Source of the DNA: an uncultured virus (IMG/VR IMGVR_UViG_3300045923_000041)
Taxonomy: Duplodnaviria > Heunggongvirae > Uroviricota > Caudoviricetes
Reading direction: 5' to 3' (one strand)
Virus record (IMG/VR): IMGVR_UViG_3300045923_000041
Span: 1 to 64,000 of that record
DNA length: 64,000 bases
Position numbers and translations under genes: made by a program. Shown here piece after piece: positions 17,609-25,400 of this stretch (the stretch's first letter is position 1; each line of letters starts with the position of its first letter). Under the pieces are notes generated by a model. It made no database searches. It was not told the DNA's origin and worked only from the letters and a program-made list of their open reading frames with translations.

Positions 17609-18967
17609 TCAGCCCTTGGCGGTGATGGTCTGGTCTCCGCGCCGCACCGTCCAGTCGTCTGGATCGGTGTCAACGTGAAGAGAGACGACGGGAAACATCT
17701 CGCGGAACGGTCGAATGAAGCTCTCATGCACCGCTCGCCGAAGCGTCGGGTGCACGGTCTTGCCGGACCTCAGCTCCATGACGTAGACCGCCGCAGACAA
17801 CCCATAGGTCACGTGACAGGGGACGCGGAAGCCGAGCGGCGTGTAATACTGGCGCACCACCGGGTCATCGGAGAGGCCAGCGATTTGAACCGAAAGCTCC
17901 ACGATGAGGTCTTTCGCAGCATGCGCGAGATCATCATCGAGCTGGTCTAGGTACCAGGGCTCGAAGCCGTGGGTAGTTGAGAGCAGTGGCATCCGGCAGA
18001 CACCGTTGCGGTGACGCTGAAGGTCCCGGAAGGATCCGAAGTCGAGCAAGAACGAGAAGCTGAACTGCCCCAGGTCGTTCAAGAAGTGCGGAAGCACACA
18101 GCCACGAGGCCGTGTCTTGAGCACGTCCCGATACTGGAGTAGGTCGAACCGATTGATGCTCGCGTCGAACTTCGAGCCGGACATGATGTCCGTGAAGTAC
18201 GTGTACCTGTCGGCGACGAGCTGTTCCCACGAGGCCCGTGCTTCTCGCGCCTCGTCACCCCCTGTCGTGCCGACGCCGCTCACGGAGGCTAGCCCAAGAC
18301 CCACACCGCTTGAGCGGTAGGTGTCTTGTAGCAAGCCCTGAAGACCAGTACCGATTCGCCGAATCTCCTCGGACGGGTGCTTCGAGAGCAGTAGCAGGTG
18401 ATCTCCTGCCTGGCGAAGGTTCGTGTGCCAGGAGAGCTGAGTGCAGATGCCAGCGGGCAGGAAGCCGCGCAAGATGTCGAAGGCCCGTGCCTTGACCGCA
18501 CGTTCGTAGGAGTCTTCCTTCTCCCCATCGCGCCGCGGGTAACGTTGACGAACCGTGTTCGCGACTCGGTCCATGTTGGACGTGTAGAAGGCCATCCAGC
18601 GCCGGAGCACCTCCTTGGACTTGTCAGTCCCCACGGGATCCTCGATGCGCTGCTTGCTCATGTCGATGTAGCGCGTGCTCGTCTCCTGCCCGCTGTAGAG
18701 AGGCCAGTCCTGAATGGCCTTTGCCGCGAGGGTGCTCACGCCTTCGATGAAAAGGGTCGTGGACCCGCAGTCCGCGATCGACTTGTGGCCGTAGCCGACA
18801 TAGTAGCTCGACATGAACTTGCCCGAGCCGGACTTGGCGACCTTCTCCAAGTGCACCTCGGCACTCTCCGCACTGCGCGAGTAGAGAGCCTGCACCATCG
18901 CGATGTCCTCGGGCGAGAGGTCATCGACCACGATCAGCTTGACACCTTCGGTCTGTTGAACCTTCAT
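17609..18967 (-). CDS. thyX: FAD-dependent thymidylate synthase, long two-domain type
   Basis: GYGHKSIADCG, QETSTRY, FDILRGFLP, FRDLQRHR, YVMELRS...HP; start MKVQQ (ATGA overlap). Confidence 0.85.
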   Translation of the reverse strand: MKVQQTEGVKLIVVDDLSPEDIAMVQALYSRSAESAEVHLEKVAKSGSGKFMSSYYVGYGHKSIADCGSTTLFIEGVSTLAAKAIQDWPLYSGQETSTRYIDMSKQRIEDPVGTDKSKEVLRRWMAFYTSNMDRVANTVRQRYPRRDGEKEDSYERAVKARAFDILRGFLPAGICTQLSWHTNLRQAGDHLLLLSKHPSEEIRRIGTGLQGLLQDTYRSSGVGLGLASVSGVGTTGGDEAREARASWEQLVADRYTYFTDIMSGSKFDASINRFDLLQYRDVLKTRPRGCVLPHFLNDLGQFSFSFLLDFGSFRDLQRHRNGVCRMPLLSTTHGFEPWYLDQLDDDLAHAAKDLIVELSVQIAGLSDDPVVRQYYTPLGFRVPCHVTYGLSAAVYVMELRSGKTVHPTLRRAVHESFIRPFREMFPVVSLHVDTDPDDWTVRRGDQTITAKG

Positions 18968-19701
18968 GCCCGACTCCGGTAGTTCTTGAGAATCTCGTGC
19001 AGCCGGCAATCCGGCTTGTGCTTGGGGATCTTGGCGCCGCTTTCCTCAGCACTGCACACGCGGCAGTAGTTGCCCTCGTGGCTGTACGACCACGAGTCCC
19101 ACTCGGCCTCGTCGAGCAACTCGATTGCGCTGGCCTTGCGTTGGAAGTGGATCACACGGTCGATGACGTCGGGCCAGTCCTTCACACGCCACTTGTCCAT
19201 GGGCATGTTGCGCACGTTGGCGATGGGCCAGAGCATGGCGAGGCCGTCCGGATGCTCTGCCTGCCACGCCAGCACGTGGTCCGGCTTGTCATCCAGGCAG
19301 ATGTCTGCCGAAATGAGGTACTTCGCCGCCGTGTGCACGATCTCGGACTTCGCGAAGTTGAAGTGCTCCATGAGCCACCTGTCCCGCTCGTAGACCCACG
19401 TCATCGAGTGGAAATGCGAGGTCACGGCGAAGAGCTTGACGTGCTTGCGCAGCTCCCCGACAGCATGCTGAGCACCGGGCAGCGGCTTGAGCCCCGCGCA
19501 CCACCCAGGCTTTTCGCATTCGGCGAGGAGTACCTTGGTCTCCTCGTTAGTGAAGATCGTGAACAGGTCCCAGACGGTGCCGTCAAAGGATTGAGGGCTC
19601 ACATCCTTGCCAAACAGTCGCTTGGCGGCCTCGAAGACTGGGCCCTGGAAGTCGGCCAAGACCTCGTCCACGTCGATCCACATACGCTTTTGGGTCGGCA
19701 T
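18964..19701 (-). CDS. 5'(3')-deoxyribonucleotidase (HAD/NT5C family)
   Basis: IDVDEVLADF, LKPLPGA, VTS, KYL..DICLDDKP. Confidence 0.85.
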   Translation of the reverse strand: MPTQKRMWIDVDEVLADFQGPVFEAAKRLFGKDVSPQSFDGTVWDLFTIFTNEETKVLLAECEKPGWCAGLKPLPGAQHAVGELRKHVKLFAVTSHFHSMTWVYERDRWLMEHFNFAKSEIVHTAAKYLISADICLDDKPDHVLAWQAEHPDGLAMLWPIANVRNMPMDKWRVKDWPDVIDRVIHFQRKASAIELLDEAEWDSWSYSHEGNYCRVCSAEESGAKIPKHKPDCRLHEILKNYRSRA

Positions 19702-19711
19702 GAGGCGCCCC

Positions 19712-19729
19712 TACACCACAAGCGGTGTA
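19712..19729. promoter_or_regulatory. divergent pair of class-II boxes
   Basis: TGGTGTA on minus 10 nt before ATG 19701; CGGTGTA on plus 9 nt before ATG 19739. Confidence 0.75.
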
Positions 19730-19738
19730 GAAACAGGC

Positions 19739-20155
19739 ATGCGCCGCACGTTCACCTCTTCGATCTACGTCCGCCACAACGACACTGTCCTGCTCGTGCT
19801 CCACAAGCGCTTCAACATGTGGGTGCCCGTTGGGGGCGAGCTACTGGACAACGAACGTCCCCTCGACGGGGCAATGCGCGAACTGTTCGAGGAGACGAAG
19901 ATCAAGGACGCGATCTTCCCTCACATCGACAGCTCCATCCTGCCGAACACGCCTTGGGGCCTCATGGCCTACGAAGAGCACGATGCCGGAAGCAAGGGCT
20001 GGCACATGAATTTCGCCTTTCTCGCAAAGGTCGGCAGCCCGGACATCACCCCGAACAACGAGTTCACGGAGCACCGATGGTGGACCCGTGGAACCCTGCC
20101 CGCCATGATGCCGTCCAACGTTCGGCGGCTCGCGGAGATGGCGCTCTCGATCTAG
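19739..20155 (+). CDS. NUDIX hydrolase
   Basis: Nudix box GGELLDNERPLDGAMRELFEET; start MRRTF. Confidence 0.85.
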   Translation: MRRTFTSSIYVRHNDTVLLVLHKRFNMWVPVGGELLDNERPLDGAMRELFEETKIKDAIFPHIDSSILPNTPWGLMAYEEHDAGSKGWHMNFAFLAKVGSPDITPNNEFTEHRWWTRGTLPAMMPSNVRRLAEMALSI

Positions 20156-20661
20156 TAGTCCGTGTCGCCCTGAACGAGGAACCCACGGCAGGCGCGCCGG
20201 GCCAAGAGCTTCTTGGTCCCGGTCTCGTCCATGAACTTCATGAAGCGGGAGAGGCCGTCCGCGAACTCCGCGTCCGAATGCACGAGACCGTGCGGTTCCT
20301 CCCGATAGTCCTCCAACTGGAAGAGGGCGTGGTCCCCCTCTTGTGGCACGACTTCGAGAGCGAGCCCAAGGGGGTGCAGCACCCGCCTGTTCAACTCGAA
20401 CAAGAGCCCGGTATCGACCAAGTAGCCCGCCGGATCGTCCACGAACGGTGGGGGCGGGGGCGGACGGGTCGAGGGGTCCCGTGTGAAGCTGAACTCCAAG
20501 TCCTCGGGAGGCTCGGCACGCAGCTCCTCTGACACATGCTGGATACCCTCGGAGGCGTCCGTGGGAATGCGCAGAGGGTAGAGGTCTACCTCGCCATGAC
20601 CCTCAAGATTGAATCGGGGGTCTGTCTTTGACTCGACGCGCCATCGGCCGCTCTTCGGCAT
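20152..20661 (-). CDS. hypothetical phage protein
   Basis: Start MPKSG 10 nt after CGGTGTA; GLLFELNRRVLHPLGLALEV block. Confidence 0.65.
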   Translation of the reverse strand: MPKSGRWRVESKTDPRFNLEGHGEVDLYPLRIPTDASEGIQHVSEELRAEPPEDLEFSFTRDPSTRPPPPPPFVDDPAGYLVDTGLLFELNRRVLHPLGLALEVVPQEGDHALFQLEDYREEPHGLVHSDAEFADGLSRFMKFMDETGTKKLLARRACRGFLVQGDTDY

Positions 20662-20698
20662 ACTTGATCTGTACACCGACTACACGCCGGAGTGAACC

Positions 20699-21010
20699 CT
20701 AGACCAACCCCTCGGGGATCGAGTCCACATCCCCCATGGGGATGAGCGCTGGATTTGACAGGACGAACGCGAAGCCCTTGTGCGCCTTGAAGGTGCGCAG
20801 CTCCTCGTCCGTCAGCTCACGAACCAGCTCCCTCTCGACCAGCTCCTCCAGAAGCTTCTTCGTCTGCTTCAGGTTCAGCCCGATCCAGAGCGAGATCTCC
20901 CCGACCAGGAGCGGCCTGTTCTGGTTGCGCAAATAGGAGAGCACCCGCCTCTTGACGGTCCCCCAAAATTGTGCGGTCGATGTCTGCGGAGTGGACGAAC
21001 GTGTCGCCAT
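20699..21010 (-). CDS. winged-helix DNA-binding protein
   Basis: RVLSYLR...VGEISLWIGLNLKQTKKLLEELVERELV. Confidence 0.6.
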   Translation of the reverse strand: MATRSSTPQTSTAQFWGTVKRRVLSYLRNQNRPLLVGEISLWIGLNLKQTKKLLEELVERELVRELTDEELRTFKAHKGFAFVLSNPALIPMGDVDSIPEGLV

Positions 21011-21266
21011 TACCCCCTGCGAGTTCATGAGTAGGAAGTTCACGCGTTTCCTCGGCTGAGAGTTGGGGGAGTGGCACCACTTCGTACTCGTCCAACCTGT
21101 ACTGCGCGACGACACGTACACCGTTGGTCGTGAGCTTCGCTACAAACTCGCCCACGTCTTCGAGCACGAGGTTGAACGTGTTCGGGCCGCGTTCGAGCAG
21201 GAGACTGTGATCCGGAAGTGGGACCTCAGAGGTTGCGAAGACCGTGAAACTGTAAAAGCCCATCAC
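20817..21266 (-). CDS. hypothetical protein (3' part overlaps the wHTH gene)
   Basis: Coupled to the upstream stop at 21263; N-terminal half looks protein-like. Confidence 0.45.
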   Translation of the reverse strand: MMGFYSFTVFATSEVPLPDHSLLLERGPNTFNLVLEDVGEFVAKLTTNGVRVVAQYRLDEYEVVPLPQLSAEETRELPTHELAGGNGDTFVHSADIDRTILGDRQEAGALLFAQPEQAAPGRGDLALDRAEPEADEEASGGAGREGAGS

Positions 21267-22444
21267 ACCACCTCGGCCCGGTACTCGATGTCCGGCATGT
21301 CCGTGAGCTGGACAGCGTGCAACCGAGGCAGGTTGATGTCGAGGTCGTAGTCGATGGTCGCCACGACCTCCCAGCGGTCGTGGATCTCGCGCGATGCGAT
21401 CTGCGTCTGCCCGCAGTGCAGGCGGCCGATGGGGAAGGCCAGGTCCCGAACGAGGATCGTAGGGCAGTCCTCGATGGGAATGCAGAACTCGTGAGCCACG
21501 TGCTGCTTGCGCAGCGCCATCGCTTCAGTCGGCGTGGTCAGCCAGAGGCCCCCGCTGTAGCGAAAGTCCAGAAGGGACACGATCGCGGGCGTCGTGTTCG
21601 CGTGCGCGAGCTTGCCGATCGTGAGAGCGATCTCCCGACCCCATTGCGTGGCGATGGTGGCCCGGTGCGACGAGAGCACGTCGAAGAGCAGGTTCCGGGC
21701 CTTGTGGTCCATGAGCGGCATGGTCATCCGCGCGTACGCCTTGAACCCCCTGAAGCTCGTGAGCGCCTCGGGGCGTACCACAGGTTCACGACCCTCTTCG
21801 CGAACGCCATCCAGGAGTCGGATGAAGCGCCCGAGCGAGCCCCCGAGGGCGTCATGCAGCAAGGTGGGCAGAGCGTCCTTGAGATCCTGGACGATGACCT
21901 CGCGTCCACGCCTCGTGGTCGGCAGAAGGCGCCGGTCTTCGTCGCGGGTGATAGAGGGCACCTGCGGGAAGTTGAGCGCCAACTCATCAACGAGCTTTTC
22001 CTCGCGCTCCCGCTCGAACTCCCACCGGATGAGGAAGCCTTGCAGCTCTGGACGGATGCGCGCCGCCGGCAGCACCATGTCGCCACCGAACCGGGGCACC
22101 GCGTCTGGCTGCCACATGTCCTTGTCCGTGATGCGTGCGATGGCCTTGCCAGTCTGCCGCGAGATGATGAGCACCGCGTCGCCGACCTGGAGATACTCGT
22201 CCGCCAGGTATCGGCAGACCTCCTGAAGCGACTCGGGTGAGCAGGATAGGCGCTCCGAGAGCTGCCCGGAGATCTCGTCCGCAAGTTGCGCCGGCGCCTC
22301 GGCGTCCTTGCGCCCCTTGTACTTCTCGAAGGTCGCACGGACCTCGGCGTTGCGTTGCACCTCGAAGCGGGCGTCCAGGAGCGGGCGCCCGTCAGGCTTC
22401 GCCAGCGTGGTGACTTGAGGTACCCGAGCAAGATCGTCCGACAC
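21263..22444 (-). CDS. hypothetical protein
   Basis: Likely GTG start (VSDDLARV) 1 nt after the AAA gene stop, GGAGG SD. Confidence 0.65.
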   Translation of the reverse strand: MSDDLARVPQVTTLAKPDGRPLLDARFEVQRNAEVRATFEKYKGRKDAEAPAQLADEISGQLSERLSCSPESLQEVCRYLADEYLQVGDAVLIISRQTGKAIARITDKDMWQPDAVPRFGGDMVLPAARIRPELQGFLIRWEFEREREEKLVDELALNFPQVPSITRDEDRRLLPTTRRGREVIVQDLKDALPTLLHDALGGSLGRFIRLLDGVREEGREPVVRPEALTSFRGFKAYARMTMPLMDHKARNLLFDVLSSHRATIATQWGREIALTIGKLAHANTTPAIVSLLDFRYSGGLWLTTPTEAMALRKQHVAHEFCIPIEDCPTILVRDLAFPIGRLHCGQTQIASREIHDRWEVVATIDYDLDINLPRLHAVQLTDMPDIEYRAEVV

Positions 22445-22445
22445 G

Positions 22446-24047
22446 TCAGCCCTCCACGAGTGAGAGACCGCTTGCGTTCTTGCCGACAATCGGAGGCGCC
22501 GCGAAGCGCGCACGGATGCCGTCGTCGGACTCCTTGTCGTAGCCGACCCACTCTTTGAGCGACGCAACCTCGTCAACCATGGTCTTGAAGATGCGCGGCT
22601 TCTTGATGAGCTGCGTCTTGAGGATGTCGTAGTCGAGCGCGGGCTTCTTCGCATGGAAGCTGTCGGTCAGAGCGGCTTTGATCGCCTGCTCGATCTCGCG
22701 CCCCACCATGTTCTCCGCCCTGTCGGACAGCGCGTCGAGGTCGAACCGACGCCAGTCCTGCTTGATCTTCGACAGGTGGATCTTGAGGATGTCGATCCGG
22801 TCCTTCTTGGACGGCAGGTCGAAGAAGAACCGCTCGTCCATGCGGTTGATGAACTCGATCGGCATCGTACCGAGGCTGTTGGCGGTGAGCGCCAGGCAGA
22901 CCGGCGCATCGGTTTCCTGAAGCCAGGTGCTCAGGATGCCGATCATGCGGCTGGTCGTGCCGTTGTCCGTCTGCGCGCTCGACTGCCCACCAGAGAGGCT
23001 CTTCTCGGCCTCGTCGATCCAGACGATGCAGGGAGCGACTCGCTCGATGAGGTTGATGGCGGCGTAGACGTTGTTCTCGGAGGCGCCGGACAGGGACCCT
23101 CGCAGCTTGCCCATCTCCAAGCTCACGACAGGGAGCTTCCAGGTGCTCCCCATGGCCTTGACGCTGAGGGACTTGCCGCAGCCCCAGATACCGACCGCGA
23201 GAACGCCCTTGGGCGGAACGAGACCGTACTCCCGGCCCTTCTCTGTCCAGGTGGCGGCTGTCTTGACGACCCAATCCTTGAACCTGGAGGCACCGCCCAC
23301 CTGGTCGAACGTGAACTTGCTCGTGTCCACGTACTGAATGAGATCGGTCTTCTTGAGCGCCCTACGTCGGTAAGCGGTGATGATCTCCGGGTCGATGCGG
23401 AACCTCTTGGCAGGGTCCGCATCCTTCTTCGTGACGGAGATGCTGTGGGCAATCGCCATCTCGATTTCCCAGCTCGTGAGCCCGCGGAAGATCTGCGCTG
23501 CGTCGGGGGGCGCTGAAACGACCATCTCCTCGTTGCTGAGCGAGGAGCACGTCGTCTCAACGAGGCCCTTGATCTGGTCATTGGAGAGCCCCTTGTCGTA
23601 GACGACCTCCATGTACCGCGAGAGCTTCTCGGGGATCGCACGGCGCGGCCCGACGAAGATCAAGATCTTGATCGTCTTCACGTCGTTGTGGAGCGAGTGT
23701 ATGATGTTCAGGATGCGACGGCAGACGTTCTCGTCCTTGAACACACGCTCGGGGTCCAGGATGACGTAGAAGTTCTGCTCGTTGCGCGGGTCGTCCGTGT
23801 AGATCTTCTGGAAGACCTTGTTGACCTCGAACTGTTCCTTGTTCTCCGGGTGCTTGTGTTGGGTCCAGTCGCCGATGACGTCCTGAATCGGCAGGAGCCC
23901 CATCGTATAGTTGAAGACCCACATCCGGTGCTTGTACTTCTTGACGCTCTCCGGCAGGTCAATGAGGAAGCGGTCTTCCTCGTCCGTCACGTAGTAGACG
24001 AGACGGTTCAAGGCACGCAGGTGTTGCATGAGTTCTTCGGGCAGCAT
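22446..24047 (-). CDS. Ycf46-like AAA+ ATPase
   Basis: Degenerate N-terminal AAA-like domain; PPKGVLAVGIWGCGKS, WIDEAEK, TANS, RMDERFFFDLP. Confidence 0.85.
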   Translation of the reverse strand: MLPEELMQHLRALNRLVYYVTDEEDRFLIDLPESVKKYKHRMWVFNYTMGLLPIQDVIGDWTQHKHPENKEQFEVNKVFQKIYTDDPRNEQNFYVILDPERVFKDENVCRRILNIIHSLHNDVKTIKILIFVGPRRAIPEKLSRYMEVVYDKGLSNDQIKGLVETTCSSLSNEEMVVSAPPDAAQIFRGLTSWEIEMAIAHSISVTKKDADPAKRFRIDPEIITAYRRRALKKTDLIQYVDTSKFTFDQVGGASRFKDWVVKTAATWTEKGREYGLVPPKGVLAVGIWGCGKSLSVKAMGSTWKLPVVSLEMGKLRGSLSGASENNVYAAINLIERVAPCIVWIDEAEKSLSGGQSSAQTDNGTTSRMIGILSTWLQETDAPVCLALTANSLGTMPIEFINRMDERFFFDLPSKKDRIDILKIHLSKIKQDWRRFDLDALSDRAENMVGREIEQAIKAALTDSFHAKKPALDYDILKTQLIKKPRIFKTMVDEVASLKEWVGYDKESDDGIRARFAAPPIVGKNASGLSLVEG

Positions 24048-24076
24048 CTTGAGGGTCCCTTACACCGGAAATGATT

Positions 24077-24140
24077 GAAGGCTTGTCCCCTTGTCGAGAA
24101 CAAGCCTTCGAGGAGCCGAACGGAGGGCCGACGTTCGGCC
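24077..24140. other. two tandem hairpins (possible terminator or RNA structure)
   Basis: GAAGGCTTGT...ACAAGCCTTC and GCCGAACG...CGTTCGGC between the DUF1257-like stop and the class-II box. Confidence 0.5.
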
Positions 24141-24149
24141 CAGCGGAGA

Positions 24150-24473
24150 TCAGCCGGTCTGGTACGTGAGGATGATGTTGCCGTCGCGATCGACTTCGCG
24201 GCTGTGGATCGAAGCGCCGATGCGGCGCAGCTCCGTCATGTACTTCTGCTCGCCGTAGTGCTGCACGAGATTCGTGAAGTCGTCCTTGCGGAAGCTCATG
24301 TCGTCGCCCTCGATCTGCCCAGTACGCAGGTCGAGCACGCCGTGTGAGTGGCCCGCGCGAACCTCGAAGGTGTCGCCGGTGATCTCGCGGAAGTTCGTGC
24401 CCGACGCCTTGAAGGCATCGAGAGCGATTGCGCGGTCCTTGATTTCGGTCTGAGTCGTTACCCTCTTCGACAT
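24150..24473 (-). CDS. DUF1257/Ycf35-like protein
   Basis: MSKRVTTQTEIKD...LVQHYG...ELRRIG...EVDRDGNIIL pattern; adjacent to a Ycf46-like ATPase. Confidence 0.6.
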   Translation of the reverse strand: MSKRVTTQTEIKDRAIALDAFKASGTNFREITGDTFEVRAGHSHGVLDLRTGQIEGDDMSFRKDDFTNLVQHYGEQKYMTELRRIGASIHSREVDRDGNIILTYQTG

Positions 24474-24560
24474 GTGCGTATCCTCTCAGTCTCTCGTTGT
24501 CTCGGCGTACCGAGCAATAGCATTCTTGAAAAAACTGGCCTGGGGCGTTTGGAACCGCGG

Positions 24561-24746
24561 TCAGTTGCCGTCAACCGTGGTCTCGGTCTGCGGATCGCAT
24601 TCCGGCCCGGTGTCCTCGTCGCTGACCTGGCGACCGACGCTGTTGGTGATGTTGTACACCGACGAGCAGAGGTGCTCCTGGCGGTCGATGACCTCGGTGA
24701 CGATCTGCCCTGCGGGCTTCCTCATGATGGTGGCTTTGACGAGCAT
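24561..24746 (-). CDS. DUF2997-like small protein
   Basis: ATIMRKPAGQIVTEV...C...TNSVG...DE; size and context; AGGAG SD. Confidence 0.5.
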   Translation of the reverse strand: MLVKATIMRKPAGQIVTEVIDRQEHLCSSVYNITNSVGRQVSDEDTGPECDPQTETTVDGN

Positions 24747-24765
24747 GGTCTATCTCCTTGCGTCC

Positions 24766-25368
24766 CTATACACCGCTGCCGCTACCGCCCAGCTTCACCG
24801 TCGCACCTGCGGTGACAACCGTGTCTTTAGAGTCGGCAGGTTGCGCAGGCGAGGGATTGGGGGCTCCCCACGGATCAGGTGCGGGAGCAGCTTTCGGCGG
24901 TGGCGCGCCCCCAAGCATCCTCGGACCACGGTTCGGCGTGTTCACGGGGGCCGTCATTACAGGACGGATCAGAGCCGAAGGCGCGATGATTCGAGGCTCA
25001 ACCTCGACTGGAACTGGGGGTGCTGAAGCGGTCACGGGCGGGGTTGAGACTGAAGACGGCCCCTTCTCGGTCAGATCACGGGGATCCAACCATGACGACC
25101 GGATCTCGGGGGTTGGTCCCGCATCGATCGCGATGAACCCCTGCGCGGCGATCTTGCCGTACCTTGGGTCTGAAGGGTCGAGCCGAGGGACGTTCGCGTA
25201 GTAGTCGTCGTACCAGCGAGCGACGCGCTGCTCGAAGCTGGACTGACCGACCTTGCTCCGCGTGCATTCCGGCTGCATGCAACGATCGCAGAACATCGCC
25301 TTGAAGTCGTCCAAGGGGACCTTCTGGTCGTTGCACACAGAGAGCCAATCTTTGCGGGCGGGGTTCAT
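24766..25368 (-). CDS. hypothetical protein, Cys-rich N-terminus and Pro-rich C-terminus
   Basis: Likely start MNPARKDW; C...CDRCMQPECTRS. Confidence 0.65.
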   Translation of the reverse strand: MNPARKDWLSVCNDQKVPLDDFKAMFCDRCMQPECTRSKVGQSSFEQRVARWYDDYYANVPRLDPSDPRYGKIAAQGFIAIDAGPTPEIRSSWLDPRDLTEKGPSSVSTPPVTASAPPVPVEVEPRIIAPSALIRPVMTAPVNTPNRGPRMLGGAPPPKAAPAPDPWGAPNPSPAQPADSKDTVVTAGATVKLGGSGSGV

Positions 25369-25400
25369 GCCTTTCCATAGGCTTTTGATAAGTGGAACCC

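Noticed and set aside
20817..21010. About 190-nt same-strand overlap as dual coding
   Set aside because: The overlapping tail of 20817-21266 looks like low-information run-on; no evidence that both frames are selected
24077..24140. Tandem hairpins as tRNA or ncRNA
   Set aside because: No cloverleaf, T-loop or CCA; more simply a terminator-like or processing structure
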